Translations under genes and position numbers: made by a program
Part shown: positions 12,201 through 21,148 of the stretch, one piece after another
Layout: each line of letters starts with the position of its first letter
Numbering within the stretch: position 1 is the stretch's first letter
DNA from: a virus
Lineage: Duplodnaviria; Caudoviricetes
Length of the DNA: 64,000 nt
IMG/VR virus record: IMGVR_UViG_3300030433_001804
Span: 1 to 64,000 of that record
Direction: 5' to 3' (one strand)
The notes under the pieces: generated by a model
Told to the model about the DNA's origin: nothing
Databases searched by the model: none
What the model saw: the letters and a program-made list of their open reading frames with translations, nothing else

Positions 12201-12829
12201 AGACAACAATATTTGAGTTTTATAATGAAATAATAGTTTATGGTTCCTCTCATAAATCTAATAGAAAGGACATAAAAAGCGTTAATGATGTTGGTAGAAA
12301 AACATTAGAGGTGTTTGAACCATTATTAACAACTCAAGAGCAGGTAGATAAAAGAGCCACGGAACTACTATTATTACATTCTAGACTAAATGAAAAAATA
12401 AAAGTAAAGGTAAACCATACAAATCTAACCCTAATTAATGCAGGAGATATAGTTTCTATGGAAATAAGCAAAGAAAATATACCTATGAATCAATATATTG
12501 TTTTAGAAGTTTTACATGAAATGCAGGGCTTCATTACTCTTACTTTAGGAAAATACTCTATTAATTTAGAGGACAGGCTCGCTGAACTATTAATTAGCAG
12601 TAAAAGAAATAGTTCTCAAATTAGAAATAAATCATTTAATGCCCAAGAAGAATCATTTAATTTTGTCGAAGATTTAGATGTTAAGATGTCTAAACTATTA
12701 GTAAGAACTAGGGAAAATACAGGGGCAACCAACACTCTAGGATTCCTTGGACTAACACTAAATACTAACACTACGCCATTTGGATTCGGGTCTATTGTAA
12801 TAACCGACTTGTTGGAGGAAGAATTTTGA
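6287..12829 (+). CDS. Large tail/baseplate hub-like structural protein (2180 aa)
   Basis: Very long S/T/N/G-rich ORF in tail module. RFIGEIEEID and the C-terminal NEIIVYG...GRKTLEV...AGDIVSM segments resemble tail hub proteins. Confidence 0.6.
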   Translation: MATAIGIPNVGSNNLSVLHLQVSNNVPTNPKIFNNTGTLVGDRIFTMVYPEGTTNENVEYFGGAVAVYTNLANTEGYRISCYKEQNATGILVNPTDFNTRDYFVLVHSEDHLKHHFAKITQITKDDVLGDSFEFEPRLGDEIAKGSSFRIFKGPPKTSSIIACSFGLKREVITQDTLFLSRPQFYFFNEKLDKKNELDHETKYFLRQSYSQTATITFNVATSRRAFLTTDSFGKALIDQSKFSMKVTLTDVLKNNDEDSSTSNEGFTYTEDRGDYSLYLAHARRDTDDRAKNGSSYIKDNNGPYRYLSYGFSPQKNNLLYNVVNSSTSSAIGGRSGVSETLIADSHKIISKKVKSHVRKEIRHRVFTAELDEMKELPLTITSHSVISNNFTLVITGADDYFVANDQIKINDNFYIIEAVSNLAIVLRSTNTSGSNLFVRPSGEGIYSSVTSPTFSSTDKIYRRAFSSTKGNLITDFKLVNNREKRIKLRFNGNAFLLLDADITAIDPIKKLATVSFDKEGYDSNVIKYIDGSYSIEIVRFIGEIEEIDNYKENGQTFMSIRARDEFNKLLSPIVNKNYTLSEDIIYSSKSPYNRLSPISTGSLSLTWTFGDTSINLGVPGPNMTGGASNYIANMTGKRLFSGTTIVGTISGFSLDGSNNVIVNISSAESSGNSENLYVELTKNYIFSKALSSNYTASLKPTSLEGLAGKGIIFNSGFTIAANGSEVSSLPNSSQNTNPKAIGYDIFHPNSVGEDLSFQSQLKDEQENTLSNFDTINTLIDFEVCNVSKKENVTSIQLAPYIPITLGRKEQNHSVGTNNTFVEIGDIELTSNNAHTDLKTTGILAIPYNNVIITKAASAFSLEPGTPLFTETNSGGKIFQGYLTATQNESLFDPTVFQTNPPSVDKEHLLLFLDRKVTGLVAGGTNKLFTMTKTQHSLFFTNGSHLWGGKILSLIHPMSSASGLHLLNYIKGAQGGSASVRDIANKYGQYLYKINSLGIGSFNYVSRILQSTTFGVSNEEQTRTINQYDTVSELNYVANAYKIKPNIAEKSVHNVDLINTNSQDKEIDLDSRGFNRPYGEYLTGRSKMLPSSATDKSGNRYPKNFLFRTLAPITYAFRNVDYSYARLFLYANSDINPYSSVRADSLMKQNRILKDYNILFIDNKRVSEGTKLEQTYLSDGSQLLLEDKNFQKLTINSDLDISTLKRCGMMRLTELCFDSHYTIFNPEKDVIPVTREYDANGVMHGFSEFTQLMNGSTPITIDRVSSGLPSNAQPNKIQFSLNANISNNDYIFDSNFNLLGKYVGLNTNTLVITLEHPVAYTNGKDYPAHGTVLYKATLKTSRMEGWGGKDILQVNEPYHSQKYYAVNKSNLTPKGGSAPSNSNKFGFDGTGATINAAWYEKFANSVDGQGMIPDISDRHAIFMLPTHFNIGTNPNNWFGTVKYSPTLPIASHGEGTHLKHTVGVNLGGWEVGGATEGLSLAKGANSPAILESTTFDTKHNGSFNASSGPKEFDNVSLISVYCKGTTGLGHSPVRPFASMTDSESLSGGNRNNIGRQNTNGDVTGAHLGFKPRLHIPNGTTSFTIPSVNGNLFQYTLDPTNAGDWLRYIDLTGCYLVHEEATRTDNGKSTIRYAGSANYPDILNSHVANRTINNSVSNLISYVVSHKVGTNTKEHHLIVDTELTDIGTGPISGQRGNYRIFQPNQVCFHDFSPTEIKLYEMSSKYTKVANENRCYDSIPDFIGTGSIFINDGVEAGKSNTPNSEVTRIPSLGKNEAFLSMYVLVDTDRQHSGNQVVLRNPTQALEVLPENEYLMNISDGDTRYLSKFNITSGQYDNAEVKFETIKKQKGVVSISETFTIESREELNIEPNRACIGSQVTITRESENIINDLLENEGIEFESTDRTYPLYYSPDFKGIDLFSAINNILEKKDLSIKREDEKFKIFPDSDSQIFTNIVISDNISEGSVKILEYEKKTTIFEFYNEIIVYGSSHKSNRKDIKSVNDVGRKTLEVFEPLLTTQEQVDKRATELLLLHSRLNEKIKVKVNHTNLTLINAGDIVSMEISKENIPMNQYIVLEVLHEMQGFITLTLGKYSINLEDRLAELLISSKRNSSQIRNKSFNAQEESFNFVEDLDVKMSKLLVRTRENTGATNTLGFLGLTLNTNTTPFGFGSIVITDLLEEEF

Positions 12830-13200
12830 TAACAGATAAAGCAAAAGAATTGATGTCAGACTATTTTGTAAAATTGATATCGGGTGGAACCACCCTAAGC
12901 AATGTAACTCTTTCTGCCGGAAGTGGAAAGATAGGAACAGGGGGAAATAATACTTCTCCTTTAGCAACCACACTAGATATAGATTTAGCATCTGCTACAG
13001 TCAGCGCAGTAGCAACTTCTAGCAATACCTTTGAAGTAAAATTGTCAGTAGCGGGAAGTAATATAACAGGTAAGGTTATTAGAGAGGCTGGAATATTTGA
13101 CTCCAATAACAACCTACTAGCAAGGGTAAATTTTAACGGAGTTGGCCCGTTTACAGCATCACAGACATTAGAGATATTTTTGATTATGGAGGTAGAATAG
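12826..13200 (+). CDS. Tail structural protein
   Basis: Coupled to neighbours; IREAGIFD..NLLAR motif as in tail fibre/collar N-terminal domains. Confidence 0.55.
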   Translation: MITDKAKELMSDYFVKLISGGTTLSNVTLSAGSGKIGTGGNNTSPLATTLDIDLASATVSAVATSSNTFEVKLSVAGSNITGKVIREAGIFDSNNNLLARVNFNGVGPFTASQTLEIFLIMEVE

Positions 13201-13201
13201 T

Positions 13202-15064
13202 ATGAATAACCCAAATAGATTTGCACAATTAACAACATTAAGTAGTCCTTTAGAAATAGAAGACAGCGTAGATTTTCCTCATACTGGTTTAATTAAAGCC
13301 TTAAGTTCTGCTAATACGGGCAAATATCCAATAAATGGGTTTAATATCACAAGCATAACTAACAACACCTTTATTGTAGCAAGTGGAAATATATTCAAAG
13401 ATAATGCTTTACAAGCAGTAGCAGGTAGAACATTTAACGGTGGAGGAGGAAATGGGCCAGTTATACCGGGAACTTACTCATTAGGATATCACTTATTAGT
13501 TGTTGATTCTAGTAATGTATTACAACATAGAAACCCTACTGCCGCTAACAAAGTAGCCACTTATCAAGATGGAGATACTATTATTGCTGTGATTGCTTTT
13601 GAAACAGGACAGAATCTAAAAATACAATACTTAACTAATTTTAAAACAAGTAACTCTCTAAGTATTGGATATGACAATTCGGGATATACCGAAGCCATGT
13701 CAGTAGAAGGAAACGCAACAAGAACTACTTTTCATAATAAAATAGCAGACGCAGATGTTAGATTTGTATTAGGTGATAATACGGCTGATGAGAGGTTTGA
13801 GATAGTAACTGATGATGATGCTGATGGAGACTTAACTGATACATTAACGGAAGTATTTTCTGTTGATGGAACAGGAGATACAAAGGTCAAATCACTGAGT
13901 CTAGGTAGTGCGGCTGAACTTACAATAACAGAATCTAGTGATGATATTACCATAAAAAATACAGTATCGGATAAAGATATAAAATTCAATGTCAATGAAG
14001 GGGGAACTCCTGTAGATGCCATGACGATAGATGGTAGCGATAATAGAGTAAAGGTCGGTAAGTTTGAAGTTTCCGGGACAAATCCTTCTCATGCTGTATT
14101 GGATATAACAAATACAAACGCAGGAGTGACTATTAAAAATACTAAACAAAACAATCCGATAAAGTTCCAAACTAATGTAGGTGGTAGTTCTGTTACGCAA
14201 ATGTCAATAGGTTCCCAAGGAGGAGCCGTAGAAGGGGTAGCAATTGGCCCAAATCCACCTACTGCACCACTTCATGTTCAAAAAGATTTTACAGGAGAAT
14301 TGGTTGTAATTGATTCATTTACCAACAGTGCAGACCATGGCCCTAATATGGTTTTAAGAAGAAGTGGTGGTAGTGGTGCTGGAGGTATTGGTGCTGATAA
14401 TGATGGATTGGGAACAATTGTATTTCAAGGTAGGGATGCGTCAAGTAGTTTTGGCCAAAATTCAGAATATGCATCAATTGAGGCTGATATAAAAAATGCT
14501 ACAAATAACGCCCATAATGGTAGTCTAAAACTAACTATTGCTAAGGCAAATAGCAAAGTATCAGCATTAGAAATGAACTCTAGTGAAATAGTTGTAAATG
14601 AAGATTCTGTAGATATTGACTTTAGAGTTGAATCAGATGGAAATGCAAATATGTTAGTTGTCAATTCTGGTCTAAATAGAGTAGGAATCGGAACTGCTTC
14701 GCCTACTGAAACACTAGATGTTGTTGGAAGTATAACGGCTTCAACTTCAATTGTATCCGGTGGTTTTTTTAGAAGCCCAAGGTTAGATACTATTCCTTCA
14801 AATAATACATCTCTAACTTTAACTGCGGCTACCCATGCAGGAAGATATTTAATTTATAGCGGTTCGGGTGGAACAATTACTTTACCCGCTACATCATCTG
14901 CCGGAGAACATTATACTATTCTAAATGCTACAACTGGTAACATTACGGTTGCACATGGAGGAAACGCTATAAATGGAGCAGGTAGCAATATTACCGTTGG
15001 AACCTTTAACGGTGTAACTTGTATTGCTATCGGCAGTAATAATTGGATTGCATTAGGAGTTTGA
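13202..15064 (+). CDS. Tail fibre / receptor-binding protein
   Basis: Gly/Ser/Thr-rich, RVGIGTASPTETLDVVG fibre repeat, C-terminal TITLPA...GEHYTILN...NNWIALG domain. Confidence 0.75.
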   Translation: MNNPNRFAQLTTLSSPLEIEDSVDFPHTGLIKALSSANTGKYPINGFNITSITNNTFIVASGNIFKDNALQAVAGRTFNGGGGNGPVIPGTYSLGYHLLVVDSSNVLQHRNPTAANKVATYQDGDTIIAVIAFETGQNLKIQYLTNFKTSNSLSIGYDNSGYTEAMSVEGNATRTTFHNKIADADVRFVLGDNTADERFEIVTDDDADGDLTDTLTEVFSVDGTGDTKVKSLSLGSAAELTITESSDDITIKNTVSDKDIKFNVNEGGTPVDAMTIDGSDNRVKVGKFEVSGTNPSHAVLDITNTNAGVTIKNTKQNNPIKFQTNVGGSSVTQMSIGSQGGAVEGVAIGPNPPTAPLHVQKDFTGELVVIDSFTNSADHGPNMVLRRSGGSGAGGIGADNDGLGTIVFQGRDASSSFGQNSEYASIEADIKNATNNAHNGSLKLTIAKANSKVSALEMNSSEIVVNEDSVDIDFRVESDGNANMLVVNSGLNRVGIGTASPTETLDVVGSITASTSIVSGGFFRSPRLDTIPSNNTSLTLTAATHAGRYLIYSGSGGTITLPATSSAGEHYTILNATTGNITVAHGGNAINGAGSNITVGTFNGVTCIAIGSNNWIALGV

Positions 15065-15891
15065 TTTCTTTGTATAATGCTATTGCGGGTTCTTGTGCCG
15101 AACAAGAGGCTAATGCTGGTGGCATTCCAGTTGGCCCTCAGCCAATTACATTAAATCAAGCATATTTTTCTGATAATGTTACTTCTGGTGCATCAGCAGG
15201 TATTGTTCCTGAAATATATTCAAATGTGCAATTTATTGATTTCGCTGGTGGGTTTACCCCTCCTTTTAACAGGGCTTTTGCTACTACTCCAATAGAATTA
15301 ACAACTTCACTAAGCACACCGACTATTTCTGCAATATCAACAACAGAAACAAAAAGTGCATATACAGTCAGTGCTACTGCACTCATTCAATTTTTGAATC
15401 TTTCAGCAACAGGACAACCAAGCCCATTCCCACCAAATCAGAATTTTCAGTTTGAAATATTTGTAAATGTAGGTTTATTTTTACAAACTCCTAACGGATT
15501 AAATACTCTTATTTCATATGAAATTGACTCTTTTAGCACTAATATAGCAGGAATACAAATATTTCCGGGTTTAGGCCATGTTTCTACTTCTAATTTTCCT
15601 CTACAAAATTCATTACAAATTTCAAGACAATATCCTGCAACTGGAACAAATAATAACTTTAATCCTGCATCTGTTAGTAGTAATTGGGGAATGCTCGGAA
15701 CAGGCATACTAAATGCGTCTTTTGTTCCCGGAGTTATTCTTGAACCACTAAACCTATTTGATATGAGGGCAAGAATGGGAGTTTCACCAGCCGCAGGTCA
15801 AGTATTAACTATAAGATATAAAGCAGTAATAACTAATAGTTCAAATAATCAAGAACAGGCATTTCATACATTAGAAATAACATTAACATGA
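15043..15891 (+). CDS. Putative virion/tail-associated protein
   Basis: Follows fibre gene (true start probably TTG 15061); beta-rich, low charge. Confidence 0.5.
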   Translation: MDCIRSLISLYNAIAGSCAEQEANAGGIPVGPQPITLNQAYFSDNVTSGASAGIVPEIYSNVQFIDFAGGFTPPFNRAFATTPIELTTSLSTPTISAISTTETKSAYTVSATALIQFLNLSATGQPSPFPPNQNFQFEIFVNVGLFLQTPNGLNTLISYEIDSFSTNIAGIQIFPGLGHVSTSNFPLQNSLQISRQYPATGTNNNFNPASVSSNWGMLGTGILNASFVPGVILEPLNLFDMRARMGVSPAAGQVLTIRYKAVITNSSNNQEQAFHTLEITLT

Positions 15892-15900
15892 GGTAATAAA

Positions 15901-16410
15901 ATGTTAGGAATAAATATACCCGAAGGCGAAATAGGCAATTGGAAAATAGAAATAGATAATGGAGAATGTTCATTAGTTAAACTAAGTATTGGTAATTCTA
16001 TTATGAAAGATTCTCAATGGGAATATAATACTCATAAATGGCTTTGGGATAATGCTAGTGGAGATATATTAGTAGCAGGTTTAGGTATAGGCTTTCTAAA
16101 CAAAGAATTGATTGATAATCATACTTTCAATTCAGTTACGATTATAGAAAACTCACAAGATGTAATAGATTTAGTTTGGCCTTATTGTGCAAAAGATAGT
16201 AGGTTTACTTTAATCAAAGAAGACATAGAAACTTGGAATATTCCCGCAGGTTCACATTGGGACATAGGCTGGTTTGATTCTTGGGTAGGAGATAATCCAC
16301 TATCGTATATGGGATATATTAACGCCATGAGACATAAATATGAATCTTATTGTGATAAAATAGGTTTTTGGAATGTTAATGATAGGATACATAATCGCAT
16401 TTTTTCTTAG
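15901..16410 (+). CDS. Class I SAM-dependent methyltransferase / spermidine synthase-like protein
   Basis: GDILVAGLGIGF (motif I), VTIIENSQDVIDLV, WDIGWFDSW. Confidence 0.7.
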   Translation: MLGINIPEGEIGNWKIEIDNGECSLVKLSIGNSIMKDSQWEYNTHKWLWDNASGDILVAGLGIGFLNKELIDNHTFNSVTIIENSQDVIDLVWPYCAKDSRFTLIKEDIETWNIPAGSHWDIGWFDSWVGDNPLSYMGYINAMRHKYESYCDKIGFWNVNDRIHNRIFS

Positions 16411-16546
16411 TTTTATTTTTGGTTATCTGATTATGTCATTAGGACTAAAAGATAATCAAACTACTGGGATTATATTGCTTAAAGATGAAAAGCCCTGAAT
16501 TTTGCCTATTGAAAAAAAATGTAACAAAAAAAAGACCAAAAAAAAA

Positions 16547-16581
16547 TGAGGGAGGCCGAAGCCCCCCTCAAATTGTTTTTT
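16547..16581. terminator. Hairpin at convergence of + and - gene blocks, probable bidirectional terminator
   Basis: TGAGGGAGGC-CGAA-GCCCCCCTCA with A-run on the left and T-run on the right. Confidence 0.65.
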
Positions 16582-16711
16582 CTGACCAAATTCCCTTACA
16601 AGCACGACACTCCCACAATTTTATCTGTTCGGGAGAACCTACATAGAAACCTAACAGTCTCTTAGCAACTGTAAGTTCCTTACAATAAGGACAAACTTGT
16701 TTCAATTTCAT
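16568..16711 (-). CDS. Small Zn-ribbon protein (47 aa)
   Basis: MKLKQVCPYC...WECRACKGIW read from sequence; coupled to upstream ORF. Confidence 0.65.
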   Translation of the reverse strand: MKLKQVCPYCKELTVAKRLLGFYVGSPEQIKLWECRACKGIWSEKTI

Positions 16712-16860
16712 CAATTGCCGCCTTTATCTTCATTCATCAGACGCTTCATATATTCTTCAACGCTTTCATCGGTGATGTTAGTTCCACCAAAAGCGGCAAA
16801 GAAAAGAAGCATCAAGATGGTAATGAAAATAAACAAGCCGAACCATTCCCAACCAGTCAT
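16711..16860 (-). CDS. Small membrane protein (49 aa)
   Basis: MTGWEWFGLFIFITILMLLFFAAFGG..., one TM helix; stop/start overlaps on both sides. Confidence 0.6.
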   Translation of the reverse strand: MTGWEWFGLFIFITILMLLFFAAFGGTNITDESVEEYMKRLMNEDKGGN

Positions 16861-17462
16861 TACCACTTCACCTCCAATTCTTTAAATTCTCCTTCTTCTA
16901 TAGAAAAAGCCTTGACAAATCCATTATCTTGACCATATTTCCAAAGGTCATATACTAACTGTGTGTCTTTCATACAGTATTCTACTACTTCATCATATTG
17001 ACCCATTTTCCACAACTTAGGAGCATCAGCACTATCCATTAATTTATAATCATTCATAGTGCATTTAACTAAGTTCTTCAGTTGGAATCTCTCTTTGAAT
17101 TCTTTTAGAAGAATCTTAGAAGTATCAATATATTGTTTTTCATTTATATATTTATTAATACAATAGATATCCATTGAGTCTCTTAGTATCGGTAGGTCAA
17201 AAGCGGCAATATTATGTCCTAATAATAGTCCTCCTTTTTCAAAATGCTCATCTAAATCATATTTTAATTCGCTAAGAGATTTAATTATATGACCCGATTT
17301 AGCAAAGGAATCAACAGGCTCATCTACATAAACTGTTCCTGTATTACCATCCCATGTAGCAACAGTAGATACTTGAAACATATGTGTATTAGAGAACCCG
17401 CCAATATCATAAGACATATTCTTGGTTTCTAAGTCAATTGCCAAGACTGACATTAACATCAT
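16860..17462 (-). CDS. RNase H-like DEDD 3'-5' exonuclease
   Basis: LAIDLET, GHNIAAFDLPIL, EYCMKD (Exo I-III). Confidence 0.8.
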   Translation of the reverse strand: MMLMSVLAIDLETKNMSYDIGGFSNTHMFQVSTVATWDGNTGTVYVDEPVDSFAKSGHIIKSLSELKYDLDEHFEKGGLLLGHNIAAFDLPILRDSMDIYCINKYINEKQYIDTSKILLKEFKERFQLKNLVKCTMNDYKLMDSADAPKLWKMGQYDEVVEYCMKDTQLVYDLWKYGQDNGFVKAFSIEEGEFKELEVKW

Positions 17463-17689
17463 TCCTTAGATGGACTAGCCCAAAGTTTTGCTACCTTAGC
17501 CTCTTCTTTATCCACCTTTGGCTCCTCAACATCTGTTCTCCTCTTTAGAAAACAAACGATTTGAGAACCTGCAACGATTAATTGAGAACAACATTCCCAA
17601 CCATCATTACCATAGGTGTTTAAGGTATCAATAATCACTTTCGGCCCTTTTGCTACTTCAAATACTAGGTATGTATTTTCCCACTTCAT
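17459..17689 (-). CDS. DUF4177-like small protein
   Basis: MKWE...LNTYGNDGWE...CFLKR pattern. Confidence 0.6.
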   Translation of the reverse strand: MKWENTYLVFEVAKGPKVIIDTLNTYGNDGWECCSQLIVAGSQIVCFLKRRTDVEEPKVDKEEAKVAKLWASPSKE

Positions 17690-19149
17690 TCTTCATCACT
17701 CCTGTTATATTTTACATATACACTTCTTCCAATTCGCATCTCATCAAATTTATGTCTAATTACTTCGTAGTGGCGGTATATTTGTGCTTGAGATTTCTTG
17801 GCTTTGTTTCTTACTTCCTTCAAAAATAAACTCTTATTGACATATCCCTCGTCATCTTTATTCATTTTATCATAAACATTAGCAAAGACCATTTCTAACG
17901 AATTTTCCGTTATGCTTTGCCTTCTCACTCTTAGGCTTCGTTCTAACCAGTCTACCAATGTCATATAACATTGTCGGACGATGGTAGCGGCCTGTCTAAC
18001 ATTGTGACCACCCACCTTGAAACGGTCTTCCTTTTTCTTAATCGAAGGAGCAGAAGCAACGCTACATAATACTGACATCTTAATTAGAATCTTCATTAAA
18101 CGGGTTGTAAAGTTAGAAGCAATAGCCGCAACATCGGGTCTTGTATTCTGTAGATATGCTCTCATATTCTCGTATTCTAATTGAAGAACATCATTAAAGT
18201 CCGGAGTAAATGTCATAGTTTTGATAGGGTCGCCACCTACTTCATCAAATCTTTCTTTTGTGATTTGGTATAATTTGATAAAAGCATTTACATATTGGTC
18301 AATTGGTGAGTTTACTTCCTCTATAGTCCCTGCTTTCGAGTTCTGTTCTGTTCTCATTTTGTGTTGTATAAACTCCGGAACTTCCCAGACATATAGAAGC
18401 ATCCTTTGTAGAACACCTTTTTCTGCCATAATAGAGTTAAGATTGCTTGGTGGATAAGTCATAGCCAAAACAGAACGCTCACAATAACATTCCATAACTT
18501 GATTATCATAAGAAGTTAGAGCCTTAGAAATAATCCAAGATTCACCAGATAAACTGTTCATTAGAGTATTTAGATATACAATTGAGTTTTCTTTATGCTG
18601 ACTTTGTTTGAAAATACCGGAGTATTCAAACTCATCCCAATGGGCTAATCCGCTTCCTTCTAGAAGACCCGGTTTTCTTTCCCAAGTAGTTTCCCCGTCA
18701 TCATCAGTATCCTTTGAGTAATTACCAATCAATACTGAATCAGTATAATCTGTTACACCAAAAGTATTGAAAGTCCTTGTCATCGGTATTCCATCTTTGT
18801 TAATAAAAGCAGGATGGGAGTTTAGTTCGTTGATTTTCTTAAATGTTTTATTGGCTACTGGCCCAACAAAATTCCAAAGTGTTGATTTTCCCGTTCCCGA
18901 AGTCTGAACCCAACAAAAATGAACCCTAGAATCTTCATGATTTCTACCATTCGGTATGATAATGAAGTCCTTTACTATCTGACCTAGTATAGTAAAGAAA
19001 CTGATTCCTGCGGGTATATCATTGTAATGAGATACTTCTACTGCTGATTTTTGAAAGTCTTTAACGACTCTCGGTAGTGCTTCTTTGAAAACCCCTGCGT
19101 TTGTTTCTAGGGATTCCATGTATTTTTCTTCGTCATAATTTTCATTCAT
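17686..19149 (-). CDS. MCM-like AAA+ replicative helicase
   Basis: Walker A SGTGKST, WERKPGLLEGSGLAHWDEF resembling the MCM Walker B region, probable C-terminal winged helix. Confidence 0.65.
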   Translation of the reverse strand: MNENYDEEKYMESLETNAGVFKEALPRVVKDFQKSAVEVSHYNDIPAGISFFTILGQIVKDFIIIPNGRNHEDSRVHFCWVQTSGTGKSTLWNFVGPVANKTFKKINELNSHPAFINKDGIPMTRTFNTFGVTDYTDSVLIGNYSKDTDDDGETTWERKPGLLEGSGLAHWDEFEYSGIFKQSQHKENSIVYLNTLMNSLSGESWIISKALTSYDNQVMECYCERSVLAMTYPPSNLNSIMAEKGVLQRMLLYVWEVPEFIQHKMRTEQNSKAGTIEEVNSPIDQYVNAFIKLYQITKERFDEVGGDPIKTMTFTPDFNDVLQLEYENMRAYLQNTRPDVAAIASNFTTRLMKILIKMSVLCSVASAPSIKKKEDRFKVGGHNVRQAATIVRQCYMTLVDWLERSLRVRRQSITENSLEMVFANVYDKMNKDDEGYVNKSLFLKEVRNKAKKSQAQIYRHYEVIRHKFDEMRIGRSVYVKYNRSDEE

Positions 19150-19862
19150 ATTTTCACCTTCTCTTCTGAGTTTAATGTGGAGATTATTCTTTTGGCTAAG
19201 GTTTCTCCAATTCCTTCAATGGCTTGTAATTCATATTCTGAACACTCGCCTATTTCCATAATAGAGCCATATTGTTTGATTAATTCTTTTGCTTTTTTAA
19301 TTGATACTCCTTTGATACTGCTTAATAGGTCTAATCTTAAATCGTCTGTTGTTAATCTTTTGAATACTTGGGGTGCTATTGTGTTTCTTTCTACTGGTTT
19401 CATTTTACTTACTGCTGTTATTATTAGTGCGGCTTCTTCTTCTGTTTGAACCCAAAAGGGCTTTATGTCTGTATCTAATACTATTCTCCCTATTGCTCCA
19501 AGAAATTTATTATTTAACATAATACTTCTAGTTCCTATTGGCATTTTACTGGGAGAATTTGAAATTATATTGTGGATTGCTTCATCGAGTTCACCATAAA
19601 TAATGACTACATTCGTTTGATAGTGCCTATCCATATTATCGAGTTGAGTCCACAATCTTTTAGTCATAACAGAACCTAAAAAATCTGTCGCTGACTTTGC
19701 CTCAAAGCAAACATCATCGTAGACATAATCACCAATCTCAATCCATCTTTTTTCGCATGGTATTCTGAGTGCTTTGGCTTTCTGCATAACTAACTTATAC
19801 AGTTTGGATTTTTCTCTAGAATCAATTATCAGCACTAGGAAACCTCCAACATTTACCAACAC
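19146..19862 (-). CDS. ERCC4/XPF-family nuclease with HhH motifs
   Basis: IIDSRE, IGDY, FEAKSATDF; C-terminal IKGVSIKKAK and IEGIGETLAKRI hairpins. Confidence 0.85.
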   Translation of the reverse strand: MLVNVGGFLVLIIDSREKSKLYKLVMQKAKALRIPCEKRWIEIGDYVYDDVCFEAKSATDFLGSVMTKRLWTQLDNMDRHYQTNVVIIYGELDEAIHNIISNSPSKMPIGTRSIMLNNKFLGAIGRIVLDTDIKPFWVQTEEEAALIITAVSKMKPVERNTIAPQVFKRLTTDDLRLDLLSSIKGVSIKKAKELIKQYGSIMEIGECSEYELQAIEGIGETLAKRIISTLNSEEKVKI

Positions 19863-20877
19863 AAAATCCTTCGCTAATTAACTTGTCACAGTGAGGAGCA
19901 TTGTAATTATTGAATACCGTAAACTTCGCATGTTTCTTTGTGGTATTTTTGTCCCAATCTAACCATGTCGAGTCTGAATCAGCAAACACTCTTTCTAATT
20001 CCTCGACAACTAAGTTTAGAGTCTTTTCCTTATCATCCAATGTCTGCAAGTCTTGATAGCCCGAAATCAAATCTCGATACCAAGACACTAGATAGGCTCT
20101 CGCTATATGGGAAGGATTCTCGACCATGACTGCATTATACAGGCATGGTAGCATAGGCAATTTACCAACACTAGAAGGCACAGAAACCTCACCTTTCATG
20201 GCCTCAATAGGGGGTGCTTTTGGAAAAATTACCTTCGTATTTCCGCACTTTTTGAAGGGTATCATTCTTTGCCGTTGCGCTAAAAGTAGTATATCGCTAA
20301 GTTCATTGTTTAAGTCTTCTTTGACTAACGGTATGCAAAAATAGGGATTTCCTTCTTTATCAGATGATGCCATATTAACAGTATTAGGAACTCTACGCAA
20401 TCTAGTGTGTTGCCCTACTCTATCATCAAGAGAATTATCTTTGCCAACTTTAGAAACCAAATATTCTTTTATCTCTTTGAAGAAGGTTTGAATGTTTCTC
20501 ATATCTTTGGTTTCTTCTCCAAAGATAAAAACATGAAATCCTCTTCCAGAAAAAAAGAAAGTGTGTTCATAATCTCTTTGATGAATTAAATCCATTACTA
20601 TTTTTAAATCACGCCAAGCCATATCTAAATTATCTTCATGTGCATCAAAGTCTAAAAAGATTCTATCTCTTATTACAGAAGAATCTATTTTTGCTTTTTC
20701 AGAAAACTCCCTAAAATCATAGACTGTTGTATATACATTAGTTCTATTATTTTGTGCGTGAACAAAATCAACATAGGCTTGTCTAGTTAGAACTATCTTT
20801 CTCGCCATCTGAGGAGCGTTCTTGATTTGACTTCCCGCCCAAACTTCTCTCGGATATCTCATTGTTATTACCTCCAA
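19822..20877 (-). CDS. Archaeo-eukaryotic primase; PriS catalytic domain fused to PriL-like C-terminal domain
   Basis: FLDFD, FSGRGFH, RLRRVPNT; C-terminal LPCL...SHIAR...YNAPHCDKL...FCVGKC Cys pattern. Likely start ATG 20862. Confidence 0.85.
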   Translation of the reverse strand: MEVITMRYPREVWAGSQIKNAPQMARKIVLTRQAYVDFVHAQNNRTNVYTTVYDFREFSEKAKIDSSVIRDRIFLDFDAHEDNLDMAWRDLKIVMDLIHQRDYEHTFFFSGRGFHVFIFGEETKDMRNIQTFFKEIKEYLVSKVGKDNSLDDRVGQHTRLRRVPNTVNMASSDKEGNPYFCIPLVKEDLNNELSDILLLAQRQRMIPFKKCGNTKVIFPKAPPIEAMKGEVSVPSSVGKLPMLPCLYNAVMVENPSHIARAYLVSWYRDLISGYQDLQTLDDKEKTLNLVVEELERVFADSDSTWLDWDKNTTKKHAKFTVFNNYNAPHCDKLISEGFCVGKCWRFPSADN

Positions 20878-21148
20878 AATTAACTGTGGCTGTGCTTAAC
20901 ATTTGCTTGATTACTTCTGCTACATCAGCCTGTATTTGTATTAGTCCAATATCTCTAAATATGTCCTCAAAGGGTCTACCTAGCATATTATCATTTATTC
21001 TTATTTCTCTTACCAAGTTAAATCTTTCAGTAAGTGAAAGTTCAATGTATATTTCTTTGGCTAATATGCCAATAGAATTTGCTAAATCACTAACTTCTGA
21101 AAAAGACCAATTCTTGGATAATACTTTTTGTTTAATTATATCTTTCAT
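20783..21148 (-). CDS. Hypothetical protein
   Basis: In the overlapping - strand gene chain. Confidence 0.5.
   Translation of the reverse strand: MKDIIKQKVLSKNWSFSEVSDLANSIGILAKEIYIELSLTERFNLVREIRINDNMLGRPFEDIFRDIGLIQIQADVAEVIKQMLSTATVNFGGNNNEISERSLGGKSNQERSSDGEKDSSN

Noticed and set aside
2317-15707. Minus-strand ORFs within tail genes (and + strand ORFs within the replication block)
   Set aside because: Antisense shadows of long genuine genes; no SD or motifs.
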